A stretch of DNA of 64,000 nucleotides from the NCBI GenBank assembly GCA_964016885.1, contig OZ024741.1, forward strand, positions 125,178,001 through 125,242,000, in the 5' to 3' direction. The notes under the pieces are model-generated. The model saw nothing but the letters and a program-made list of their open reading frames with translations, searched no databases and had not been told where the DNA came from. Of this stretch, positions 1 through 12,784 are shown in pieces (the stretch's first letter is position 1; each line of letters begins with the position of its first letter). A program made the position numbers and the translations under genes. Origin of the DNA: Eledone cirrhosa. Lineage: Eukaryota.

Positions 1-162
1 TAGAACACCATACGCCATCAGTTTTAAAGCAGTGACTATGTCACTTACTTCTTTTTAGCGAAAGAAGGGGGAGAAGCTGACAGTCTGCTTTACGGTGGTT
101 GGTGTTCAGTTTTAAAGTCATGTATGTCACATGTATATATATATATATTTGTATATATATAC

Positions 163-2515
163 ATCATGTCTGCCATCAAGTCCTTCCCAGCTAGCAGCAG
201 CGGAGGTGCCGAAGGTCTCCGACCTGGCCACCTCAGCAGTTGCTATCCCCCTCTCCGTTGAGGCCGGGCGCCACCTTCTGAATGCAATTGTGACACTCAC
301 CAATAGGCTTATCCATGGCGCCCTGGACCCTCACGCTCGAGGGCTCTTTTTTCGGCTAGCCTGACCGCTCTCAGGAAGAAAGAGGGTGGCATACGCCCCA
401 CCACTGTGGGCAATGTCTTCCGGAGGCTGGCTGCTAAGGTGGTCTGCAGGTCCATAACACCTGAACTGAGTAAGGAGTTCAGTCCGATAAAACTGGGTGT
501 CAGCGTGTCCGGTGGCTGTGAGGAGGCCGCACATGCAACCAAGCAATTCCTCAACAGCTGCCCACGGGAATCGGGACTCCAGACACCTCATTGGACTCCA
601 GGCACCTCATTGTCAAGCTTGACATGAGGAATGCCTTTAACTGATTATGCCGGGACCATCTGCTCGATGCCTGCCTCAGCCGAGCCCCCTCTGCCTACCC
701 GCTGGTCTACCTGTCATATGGAGCCCCGAGCATGTTCCGTGCTGCTGATACGGTCATACCTTCTGTCACTGGGATCCAACAAGGTGACCCTTTGTACCCC
801 CTCCTGTTTGCCCTTGGTATAGACCACATTGCCCGCAGTATCACAGCCCCTCTCAACGTTTGGTATCTGGATTATCGAACGTTGGGTGGGCCTGTAGAGA
901 CTGTCTGCCATGACCTACAATCGGGGGTTCCTGCTCTGGAGGGAATCGGCCTCCAGGTCAACTTGTCCAAGTCGGAGGTGGTGAATATCAGCCACGATGC
1001 TGAGAGCTTTGCAGCCTCCGTCTCGGACGTGCTGTCCATTTTCCACCAGGTACAGGTAACCCCAAAGAGGATGTCCTCATCCTCTGGTCACCAATCCACC
1101 CACCGGCCATCCGCTCCACCATCATTTCCAGGCTTCAACCACTCCAGACCCCCACGAGCCGACTGAGCTTGATTGACGGCCACCCAGCTCTTTCCTGTTA
1201 AAGAACTGCTTCGTTATGCCGAAGCTCCTCTATACCCTTCGCAGCGCTCCGTGCTACACCCATGCATCTCTCCGAGCGGTAGCCGAGGAGATATGTAACG
1301 TCAGGTTTGACGACATTGGATGGCAACAGGTCACTCTGCCTATCAGATTTGGCGGCCTTGGCCTCCGACCCCGATGTCCCTGGCTTTACCGGCGTTTCTT
1401 TCTTCAGTAACCTCATGCCGCGTCCTCGTCAGCAGGGTTCTCCAAAACACAATTGAACCCTATGTGATCAATCAGGAAATCTGAGGCCGCCTGTAAGACA
1501 TGGAACTGGCTGGGACTTAGCCCAATAGACGTCCCTCCTCCATCTCCCCCTGCTGACGTCAAGTCCCCCCAAAGCATTTGGGATGTCATCCAGTGCAGCC
1601 TGTCCTCAGACTGGCTCACGCGCCAGCTCGACCAGCACCGCCTTGCCTTTTTTCAGCGGCCTCCAAACTCCACAGTGGTGCCTGGTTCCATGCCTTGCCC
1701 TCCTTCTCCACTGGCACGCAGCTGGATAACGATAGCCTGCGCATCGGCGTTTCCATGAGGTTTCGCCTCCGGATCTACGAGCCACACAAATGTTGCTGTG
1801 GATCCACAGTCGACTCTTTCGGCCTCCACCCGCTTTCCTGTCACCACAGTGCCGGCCGCCTTCCACGACCTGCTGCCCTCAACGAAGTCATAAATCATGG
1901 CTTGCACGTTGCAAGCTTCCCTTCCCAACTCGAGCCAGTGGGGCTGGACCGAGTGGACCACAAAAGACCAGACGGCATGATCATCTTCCCGTTCCGCGGT
2001 GGCAAACCCCTCATCTGGGCTGCCACTTGCAGCAACGCTTTCTCCATCCACAACCTGGTGCAGTCCGCAACTAACCCAGGTTCTGCTGCATGTCGGACCT
2101 AGGAGGCCAAACTCTCCAAGTGCGGTCGTACCCTTGGCAGTGGAAACTTCTTCTGTCCTTGGCCCTAGGGCTACCTCCCTACTCACCACCATAGGCGCTA
2201 AGCTGGCCAGCCGCAGGTGTGAGCCTCGCGAGTTGGAATGGCTCTTCCAGCGCATCTCCCTTACCATCCTCCGAGGAAACGCCTTCTCCATTCTGTCCGC
2301 CGGGGCTGTGCGGAAGCCAAAACGTGGTACCCCATTTGCTCACCATACGGAGAGATGGGACCGATGACTGCGGGAGTTCGGCTGTTCTTTCATCTTTGCT
2401 TAGGTCACAATTGCATTGTGATAGAAGCTGTGATAACTCTCTAATGACAATCTCTTTCTCACTTGATCTCTTTTATACATATTTCAATATTAATTTTCAT
2501 TATTCTCTTGTAACT
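163..2515 (+). mobile_element. Decayed, 5'-truncated CRE-clade non-LTR retrotransposon (RT plus zinc finger plus restriction-like endonuclease)
   Basis: Frameshifted motifs occur in the expected order: SFPASSSGGAEGLRPGHL, VGNVFRRLAAK, KLDMRNAFN, GIQQGDPLYPLLF, WYLDYRTLGG (degenerate YLDD), LPIRFGGLG, CCCG..HPLSC..GR, RPDG, PLAVETSSVLG, WLFQRISLTILRGNA. The element begins right after a (TA)n tract. Confidence 0.85.
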
Positions 2516-2517
2516 AA

Positions 2518-2740
2518 AGGGTGGTGGATTGGCAGTATCGATAGAGGGTCGGGCGCCATGCTTTGCAGCATAGAGTTACGGCCCTTTATGATCTGAGTTC
2601 AAATCCCGCCGAGGTTAACTTTACCTTTCATCCTTACGGGGTCGATAAAATAAAGTATCAGTCATGCACTGGGGTCGGTTTAATCGACTTTTCCCTCCCC
2701 AAAAATTACTGGCCTTGTGCCTATACTAGAAATCATTATT
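2518..2740 (+). mobile_element. tRNA-derived SINE, family A, full length
   Basis: A-box-like TGGCAGTATCG, B-box GAGTTCAAATCC, core GCCGAGGTTAACTTT-CCTTTCATCCTTACGGGGTCGATAAAATAAAGTA, tail GGCCTTGTGCC...ATTATT. Many copies occur in the window. Confidence 0.85.
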
Positions 2741-2745
2741 CTATT

Positions 2746-2973
2746 GTAGCTGTCTCAACGGCCTAGTTGGAGCAACCACAGACGGTGGTGATCCTTGTCT
2801 GAAGTTTGATCCTGGTCGGGAGTAGGGTTCCCGGTAAACCTTTTCAGTTTTTTTTCTATGGGTTGTAAAATAAAAACTGAAAAAGATTACATGTACCACT
2901 TGACCAAGATTGAATCTAAGACCAGGATCTCCACCGTCTCTAGTACCTACCGCTAAGCCACTGAGACAGCTAC
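2746..2973. repeat. Imperfect palindrome made of two convergent tRNA-like arms
   Basis: GTAGCTGTCTCA..AGACGGTGG..GATCC..GTC on the left mirrors GAC-AGGATC-CCACCGTCT..TGAGACAGCTAC on the right. The centre has TTTTCAGTTTTT / AAAAACTGAAAA. Confidence 0.7.
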
Positions 2974-3292
2974 GAAAGTCTTTTGAAAATTCATATTTAT
3001 AAACCTACTTTCAAAATTTTCATAACAAAATTATGTGGTGTCATTCATGTCTTTCTTAATCTAATTGCACTTCTAAATCATTTGGATGTTCCATAAACTA
3101 CATCCTCGTTTTGTTTCTCATCTATCTAGACTATATTTTAACCTGCAATCCATGTTTCATTTCTGTTGGACGTCATTTCTCCCTCCCCACCCTCTTTGTC
3201 TCTGTGATATTTGAATCTACTATGATTTGGGGTTACTTTATACATATATATATGTGTTTTTACATGTCAGATTCATTTTGAATGTCAGATGC

Positions 3293-3379
<87 letters not shown>

Positions 3380-3431
3380 AAACAAAATGAAAACGAAATT
3401 TCATTTCTCACTCTTAGTATGGCACTTACAT

Positions 3432-3451
3432 GTATATATATAAAATTAAGT

Positions 3452-3486
<35 letters not shown>

Positions 3487-4247
3487 ATTACCTATAGGGG
3501 CCTACATCTTACGACGGATTTTCATGAAACTTTACAGGCTCATAGATTAGTCATCGGGGAGTGTTTTCTATGTATCACCGTATCGTTTTTTTATTCCTGG
3601 GTCATTCTGCAGATAAAAATCGATAGGGCGGTTCACCTTTTTTTAGGTATCGAAAAATAAGATTTTGGGCTCTAGCTCCCCCATTTTGCCACCGATTTCG
3701 TTCAAATTTTAAAGCAAAATAGAATTTATCTTTGCACATCCTGTAATGGCTTTATATTTTGCATTTGTTGTTCAGGGACGGCGTGGTAGCCGCTTAAATA
3801 TTCAAAAATACCACTTTTAGACTCAAATTTCCACTTTTTCGGCTCTAGCTCCCACATTAATCAACGTACTTTGTTCAAATTTTACACTATGCTAGATCTG
3901 ATTATTTCACGTCTTAAAGTGGCTTTACATTTTGTTTTTTTGTTCAGGACCGGCGTGGCAGCCGCTTAAATATTCGAAAATACTACCTTTTCGCTCAAAT
4001 TTCCGCCTTTTCGGCTCTAGCTCCCACATTTTTCAACCGATTTCGTTCAAATTCGAAACTCCCTCCCCGAGCATGCCCCATCGTCTGTCATCCGCGTTTC
4101 TGAGTGATAGAGGTCATCACCACCCTCCCCCGCATGGCCTGTGAGTGTCTATAGATGAGTCATCGAGAAGCAGTCTCTAAGATCAACACCTTTTCATCAA
4201 AGCAGATATTATTTTACCTACCCAGGCAATGCTGGGTTCTGCTGCTA

Positions 4248-4249
<2 letters not shown>
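3432..4249 (+). mobile_element. Non-autonomous Helitron/Helentron-like element
   Basis: The 5' end is TATATATAAAA plus (GT)n. Three ~173-bp internal subrepeats (GGCTCTAGCTCCC at ~3668, ~3841, ~4013) follow. The 3' end has the hairpin ACCCAGGCAATGCTGGGT followed by CTAGT. Confidence 0.6.
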
Positions 4250-4324
<75 letters not shown>

Positions 4325-4686
4325 TGTCTGTCTCTGTGTGTGTTTATGTATATATCTACACAATGGCGGACCTGAGTCTAAAAATATTGGTTGCCAGGAC
4401 AGGAGATGAAGGGGGCGCACCTACATTTAGAATGCTGTCATTTAATTTTTATAATGAATAAATAACATTTTGAAAAAATACAAAAGTGGAAACAAAACAG
4501 TGCAATCAAATTTTTGAGGAAAATATTTTACCTTCTCCAATAAAGAATATTATTTATTTTGCGAAATCTAGAGACTTTCAGTAAAGATTTTGGTCTTTCA
4601 CACCCACTCTCTACATATTATATATATATATGTGTGTGTGTGTGTGTGCGTGTATATATATATGTATACGCAAGTGTATGTGTATG

Positions 4687-4764
<78 letters not shown>

Positions 4765-4796
4765 TTTATATATATATATATATATATATTATATTG

Positions 4797-5406
4797 CATG
4801 TCAGGTCACCAGTTGGTGCTACTGGTAACCTGTATCCCAGTACAACCTGTCTCATGGTCGGGTCGTTGGCGACTAAACTGGCAACCCCACCAAGGTTTCA
4901 TGGTCAGGAGGTTGACTTTGGACATCCTGCTGCACTAAAAACAATACCTGTCAAAGGGCAAAGGAGCTCTTAAGAGTAATTGGCCATCCAAAATCACCGG
5001 GTGAGATGCCCCGTTAGCCTTTGTCAAGGCAGAATTCTAGGAGAAGGAAAACTCTGATATAACACCTGCAAACCCTGATGGTATCCAATGATGTTGACTT
5101 GTTCTTCTTTTTGGTAAATATCATCTTGGTTAAGAGAGTGGGACTGGCTTTGTGCAGTGCCTTTGCTCACTATAAAAGCTTCACGGCACAGGCATTGCTT
5201 TATATCTGGAGATCTCTCTGCAATTGTCGTCATATGGTACCATGGGCCCAGCACTATGTGTCAATAATTGTCATAAGTGTAGTGTTTGTACCAGAGTTTT
5301 CAAGTCGCTGGCTGGAGTAAAAAGTCACACTTGTTCAGCGCATCGGTAGGGGTTCTCCTACATGGATGTAAAGTAGTGGCCGTACTCGAAAACGAGTTGG
5401 CAGCCA

Positions 5407-5410
<4 letters not shown>
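4797..5410 (+). mobile_element. Internally deleted RTE-clade element (5' UTR-like segment fused to the 3' end)
   Basis: An RTE-like 5' UTR motif CTAGGAGAAGGAAAACTCTGA (~5037) is followed within ~250 bp by C-terminal coding remnants (IWRSLC; CHKCSVCTRVFKSLAGVKSH zinc-finger-like). Flanked by (TA)n. Confidence 0.5.
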
Positions 5411-5460
<50 letters not shown>

Positions 5461-5475
5461 CACCATCATCCACAA

Positions 5476-5578
<103 letters not shown>

Positions 5579-6389
5579 TGATTGTGTGTGTGTATGTCTA
5601 TATATATGTATGTTTGCATGCATGAACAATTGTATTCTTTCTCTGAGACTTCATGTTTTCTTTTTTAAAGCTAAGCATTGGCTTCTGAAATGCTACAGTG
5701 GACCCTGCAATTCTACCGTGGGCCCACTTGCTATTGGTCAACCTAACAACCTGGCCAGTTCACCATTGCTTATATATATATATATATGTCTTTCGACAAA
5801 TTACAGACAAAAAAGGCAAAAAAGCCGAAAGAGATGCTACAAACCAATATGATTTAACTGAAAAAGATGAGATCAAAACGCGATCTGCAATGTCTTAGCC
5901 AAGAAGTGAAAAATATAAACAAGTAGTTTGGATGAGGGAGGACAAAACAAGTGGTGACTCGTTATGTTACTGGGGGGAAATGACGCTCTGTATATACGGC
6001 CTAAGGTACAGAAAGTGTGGGGGGGGGGGAGAATAACTAGAGACAGAAGCAAAAGAGAGAGAGAGATGGAAAGTAAAAGAAAAAGAGAGAAGGTATAGTA
6101 TATAGTTGTTGAAAAGACCCGTGTCGCTAAGACTATATCAAATGGGAATCAAAAAGCTGGTGGGGGGAGGGGGGGGGGGGGGTCACAAGACTAAAACATC
6201 GAAAGTCACAACGCAAAAATGGACAATCACTTCTTAACCAATTTCTGAAAATCCTTATAGTTTTGGTGAATTAAACTTGAGACTTTTCATCCGAGTGGAC
6301 TTGGGATGACCGCTGAACAATACAAAGATACATCGAAAAAAATTGTACCTTTCGACGAATTACACAAATAAAGCCAAAAAAGCTCCCAA

Positions 6390-6420
<31 letters not shown>

Positions 6421-6958
6421 GTGTATGTGTGCGTGTGTGTGTAGGTATGCGTGTGAGCACACGACAAACATCCGTACAACTTCTCTCTGCAGCATTTCTC
6501 TACCAAGCCATTGGTTAACCCGACACTATAGTACAAGATTTTAAACCCGAAACTGTAGCATTGCGAAGAGAGCTCCTAAGACACTCAAACATGTCTACAC
6601 TCTAGAATGATAAAATCTAAACCAGAAACTTAAGTAATCACTTCGCCTGCTCTTTGCTCCAGTCTTAAAATGTTGTGATTCAAAGCATAGAACTTTTGTT
6701 TATGTCAGACCTTTCTACTTACTATAATTTTCTAAGACCTCGTGAACGATGAAAACATAAATAATTTAGTCTTTTTTGTTTGATTTTGTTTTCATTTTTT
6801 TTCTTTTTTTTTTTGTTGCTTTTTTTGGTCAGAGCTGCTTTTACCGAGATAATCACGCCATGCTTATAAAAATCACAATAACAGTCATTATTTCAAACGA
6901 AATAGAAACGGCAATAACATATCATAGGAAGATCCTATTCCCTCTCTCTTTCATTCTC

Positions 6959-7118
<160 letters not shown>

Positions 7119-7203
7119 TATACATATATATATATATGTATATATATATACATACATACATAGTCCCAGAGCATCTCTCTCTCCCTCTCTCTATCTCTCT
7201 CTG

Positions 7204-7237
<34 letters not shown>

Positions 7238-7265
7238 TATATATATGTATATACATATATATACA

Positions 7266-7352
<87 letters not shown>

Positions 7353-7410
7353 ATATATATATAAATATATATGTATATATATACATACATACATAGTCCC
7401 AGAGCAACTT

Positions 7411-7474
<64 letters not shown>

Positions 7475-7824
7475 CAGAGCAAGATTCATATGCTACCAAC
7501 ACGAGTTGTGACCTATGGATCATTGAATTCAAAGAACGTTTTCCTTTCTTCTGTGATATTTTATTCATCTATTCTCGCGTCATTCATCATTTCGTCCATT
7601 AGAGATACTTATCGCCTTTACCGTCTGCCTCCTTTTATGTTGGGTGCCATAGAAATATCTAATCCCCCCTCCCTCTTCTCATATTATATTTTTATAGAAC
7701 ACCTCATGATTTTTATAACATCAGTCTTGCAGTAGTGGGTTTACTGCACAGACGATATACTATAGGGCTATGTGTGAGAAAACTTGATTATACCGATTAT
7801 TATTATTACTATTATATGTCTATG

Positions 7825-7908
<84 letters not shown>

Positions 7909-7927
7909 TATATATATACATATATAT

Positions 7928-8042
<115 letters not shown>

Positions 8043-8047
8043 TATAT

Positions 8048-8147
<100 letters not shown>

Positions 8148-8178
8148 ACACGGGTGTGTATGATTGTGTATAGAAGAT

Positions 8179-8564
8179 TATATTAATAAAAGGAATTCCA
8201 ACTTTGTCTGATTTACTCGTTTTATTTACAATCGTTTAAAATTTATAATGGTATTATAATGAAATAGTATGATAGAATATTAAATTCTAAGTGTTAATTG
8301 AACAAGTACTTTCATGCTTTCGCAATCTTCAGGTTCATAATATGTGGTGACAGTCAAGTTTGCAATTTTCAACAGTTGAAAATTGCAAACTTGACTGTCA
8401 CCACACATTATGAACCTGAAGATTGTGAAAGCATGAAAGTACTTGTTCAATTAACACTTAACATTTAATATTCTACCATACTATTTCATTCTAATACCAT
8501 TATACATTTTAAAGGATTGTAAATAAAACGAGTAAATCAGACAAAGTTGGAATTCCTTTTATTA

Positions 8565-8569
<5 letters not shown>
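8179..8569. repeat. 391-bp near-perfect palindrome (195-bp arms, 1-nt loop at 8374) with an HHR motif in each arm
   Basis: The centre reads TTTGCAATTTTCAAC-A-GTTGAAAATTGCAAA. The ends are TATATTAATAAAAGGAATTCC and GGAATTCCTTTTATTAATATA. Confidence 0.9.
8411..8449 (+). ncRNA. Minimal type I hammerhead ribozyme motif (mirror copy on minus strand, 8299-8337)
   Basis: TGAAC-CTGAAGA-T-TG(T/C)GAAAGCA-T-GAAA-GTAC-TT-GTTCA. Stem I is TGAAC/GTTCA, stem II has a GNRA-type loop, and the stem III region is the palindrome AGTACT. Confidence 0.7.
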
Positions 8570-8611
<42 letters not shown>

Positions 8612-8622
8612 GCATACACACA

Positions 8623-8702
<80 letters not shown>

Positions 8703-10354
8703 ATCGTATCAACATCATCATCATCTAACGTCTGGTTTCCCTACACAGAAGGGTTTTTATGTATGTGTATATGTATTAACATATTTTCTATTTCTTTAAT
8801 ATATATATATAAAGAAATAGAAAATATGTTAATGGATAAGAAGAAAGGAAACCTAAATCAACGACTTACTGAGTAATGAATTCAGTTTGATCTTTTAAAT
8901 AACATTTAATTGTATTTGGATGTTGACAAAGAAAACTTTTGTTCCACCGGTAGAACTTCAATGAGTCTCTGCTGAAAAATGTGTAAGACATAGTAAATTG
9001 GCATCAACCCAATCTTATCACAAGAATTCAAATATGACAAATGTCTGTAGTCGTTTCTTTTATAGATGCAATCGATGCCAAATCTTCTTTGATTCTCTAA
9101 TCATGAAATTGATTTTTGCCAAGGACGATTGTTGGAAATTCTAATGAAGTGGAAACAAGAATTGTAGTTTGTTGTACTTTGTTCGCGTTCTATTCTATTT
9201 TATTTTATAGTGTTTGTATTTTTTTTTCTTTTGTTTTCCAAAAACATTCACTGCCATTAAACTTCAAACTACCACATTGAATCTATGTTCTTTTTTTTTT
9301 TTTTTGTTTTTTGTCTTTTTGTTCTATGTTGTTTTCTGACCAGCAGCTGTAAGGAAATCCAATCATACCGACAGCTACATTACTGAAAGTTTGTTAACAT
9401 CACTATTACTATAACAAACATATTGATTGGCCATACAACAATGTTTGCAACAAATATACACCATTTATTGTTATTTACTTCTATACAACATCCGATATCA
9501 TTTGTTTAGAATATAGAAGATGGATCCAAGAAGTAACTTCTCAACAAAGTTTTCTTTGATTTCAGACAAGCTCATATTAATATTCTTCCTATATCGGATT
9601 CAATCATAAATGAATTTGTTTAGTTCACCAAAAACACGTTACAAAAACGTTGGTTGAAAGGCTGATAGTTATCTCTTTGCTTCTTGCTATATGGAAATTG
9701 AAGCAGATGTTTTTTATCCAAATGTTAATATAACCGTAGAAAAGATGTTAGTAATTCACTAGATTTGCTCGTTATTATTTTCCTTCTGTTCAATAAACTA
9801 TTGTGGACTAGTGATTGATTATAGTCGGTTAAGCGTGTTGGAAATGTTTCGTAATAGATATTTAAAGAATTGTTCTTTATGTAAATAGTAATGTAAAAGT
9901 ATTATGGTGCGACAGGTTGTACATTAATATATTGAATATATATGATAATAAATCCGTTATATGTAAGCAGGGAAAGATACTTCTTGATATTGACTCGTGG
10001 ATATGTTTTTGTTCGTTATAATTTAATATGTGACTTGTGTGACTATTATTGTCATTTCCTTGGAGAATGTTCACCAATGTTCTCTATGAACTTCAATTAG
10101 TTAATTATGAAAGAGATTCAGTAATGGAAGGAAATAAACATTTTTCCTACAAAGAAAATATTTATTACATATAGTTCAAAACTTTCTTCATATTTCAGTC
10201 AACAGCCCGACCATGATTAAATCAGACTAAACACTATGTATAACATATTATACGTTGAATAATAACCGTTATCATATACCAAAACAGTATATGTCATTAT
10301 ACTAAGAAGATAGAAATCTTGTCATACTGGATGACGGAATAATAAATTGTGTTG

Positions 10355-10785
10355 ATGATACTATATTTTGGTAGCTGGAGAAGTTCACCAAAGAACATTG
10401 ACATTAGAAAGTCTGGGCTGCATTGAACACAATGGAAAGGATGTGGAAGTCAGATCTACCTAGAAAAATCAACATCTTCAGAATATCTGTTGAGTCAATG
10501 TTGTTGTATGGATCAAGTATATGGACCCTGACGTAAGAATTTGAGAAGAAACTAATTGGTGCATATTAGGGTTGTACAAAACAAACTGGCGTCAACGTAT
10601 TACAAATGAAAGTTTATACAGAAACTTGCCCAAGATAACAACTACAATTGCTCAAAGATAGTTATGATTTACATGACATTGCTAGAGAAGTAAGTAGGAA
10701 GTAAGCAGGAAGCTCCTATTGTGGAAACCAATTCACGAGAGACAGTAGAGGAAGACCTGGTCAAACTTTGATCGATCAACTCCCA
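10355..10785 (+). mobile_element. Decayed RTE-clade LINE fragment (RT C-terminal region)
   Basis: Translates to WAALNTMERMWKSDLPRKINIFRISVESMLLYGSSIWTLT*EFEKKL with stops and frameshifts. Confidence 0.7.
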
Positions 10786-10970
10786 TGTGTATGTGTGTGT
10801 ATGTGGTGGCAAATCTTAATAGTACGAACTAGTCGATAAAAGGTGGTCATGTTGCGTCTCCATTCGTCTGCACTGTCTTTTCAAAGCGGATATAATAAAG
10901 AAACCTACGCCTCGGAGGATAGCGAGTGAGATGAGGTGAAATGAATCCTCATTTTTCATTAACATCGAAG

Positions 10971-11165
10971 AGCGGTGGATTGACAGTATCGGTAGAAAGC
11001 CAGATACAATGCTTTGCATTATAGAGTTACGCCCCTTTGCGGTCTGAGTTCAAATCCCGCCGAGATTAACTTTGCCTTTCATCCTTACGGGGCCGATAAA
11101 TAAAGTACGAGTAATGCACTGGGATAATTGCTGGCCCTGTGCCCAAAAGTGGAAACAATTATTCA
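10971..11165 (+). mobile_element. SINE family A
   Basis: Same head, core and tail as 2518-2740. Confidence 0.85.
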
Positions 11166-11789
11166 TTAACATCGATGTTGTGGGTCGTTTCTTCGGATGG
11201 TGTATGTGCAATTATGTTTGTGTTTGTTTGTATGTTTGTGTGTATGTTCAGTAGTGTGTATGTTTGTGTGTATATGCGGTAATGTGTATATGTATATGTG
11301 TATTAGTATATTAATGTGCATGTGAATAGTGTGTGTTTGTGTGTATGTGCAGTAGTGTGTGGGTTTGTGTGTATATGCAGTAATGTGTATATGTATATGT
11401 GTATTAGTATATTAATGTACAAGTGCAATAGTGTGTGTGTTTGTGTGTATGTACAATAATGTGTACATGTAAGTGTATATTAGTGCATTTATGCGTATGT
11501 GTAATAGTGTATGTATATATGTATGTGTGTATATGCAATAGTGTGTGTGTAGATGTGTATTATTGTGTTTATGCGCATGTGCAATTGTGTGTGTATGAGC
11601 GATAATGTGTGCATGTGTGTGTGTGTGTGTGTGTATTCCTCCGCTAACCAGGCTACAACTATTCTATTTTTAATTCTGTCATTAATCTTGAAGAAATAGC
11701 TACCATTACTGCAGTAAAGTAACAATAGTTTCCAGACATTCTAGATGTTCAAAACGACACCTTTCTAGAAGATGTTCAAAATACACCGT

Positions 11790-12357
11790 TCCTTCTGGCC
11801 ATCGTTCACCAGCTTCTGCACCATCTTCCAAAAAGACCTTACACATGCTCAAATTTTCGGTGATAATCTGTCGTGGTTCACGCCAAGCTCACTTGCGGTC
11901 AGTGGAACTGTCTGACGACGATTGTTACGCACCACCTGCCTCATGCGCTCAACGTTGGCATCAGTCATGTTTATTGAAGGTCTTCGGCTCCTAGGATCGT
12001 CTTCCAGGTCCTCGCATCCCTCTTTGAACCTTTTATTGCCATTCGAAAACCCGTGAGCGTGTCATCGTCTCATCTCCGTCCACTTGCTGCTATATTCCGA
12101 GTGCTTCTGGCGGAGTTTTCCCCAGCCGTACCAGAAACTTCAGGTGGTTCGTTGCTCCATGGCCATCACTCGACGGCCTAAAATTGAGGAGCTAATGACA
12201 AAAGCACATGAAAAAACATAGAGTGGTTGCAGAGAGCTGAGATCACATTTATATATTCCCCGAATATTACGACACAGGTGACGTAACCCTATAATCCCTA
12301 CCTCGCTCATAGCTCAAACAGCGCACTAAGACCTATTAGTTTTTTAACACCGCAATA
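11790..12357 (-). mobile_element. Mariner transposon remnant (5' end plus HTH-coding region)
   Basis: Minus strand from ATG ~12159 gives MEQR..LKFLVRLGKTPPEALGI*QQVDGDETMTRSRVFEW..RFKEGCEDLEDDPRSRRPS..ANVERMRQVV, with stops and frameshifts. Confidence 0.8.
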
Positions 12358-12719
12358 TGTATATATCATGTTAATGATTAGTAGTTGAATGTATATATAT
12401 ATATATATACGTGGGGTGGTGTAACATGTTAATATGTATGTGTATGTATATCGATCATAACAATATATATTTTCATTTTAATTTGTTTACACTCATTTTA
12501 ATTTTTTCTCCTTCCTTTTAATCCCCCCCCCCCCCGCCTTTTAATGTCTTTCCACCACTCCCCCTCACACCCTCAGAACTCTTTTCCTTCCCACATTTCT
12601 CCTGATTAACGGCTTATGGCCGAAACATCCTCCTCCACCCCCCACTCTCAAGCGTGAACCTAATACCTACACTGCTTGTACTGCTCTTCGTTATTGTTTT
12701 TTGTTTTTTTTGTTTTTAA

Positions 12720-12784
<65 letters not shown>

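Noticed and set aside
4361-4600. CAATGGCGGA start resembling a DNA transposon TIR
   Set aside because: No matching opposite terminus or TSD found.
8775-8833. AT-rich hairpin centred on a short (TA)n
   Set aside because: Low complexity and no ribozyme core, so likely a local fold-back event.
12601-12630. HHR-like CTGATTAACGGCTTATGGCCGAAAC
   Set aside because: G8 is lost and there is no stem III or cleavage triplet. Treated as a decayed copy of the 19001/20353 family.
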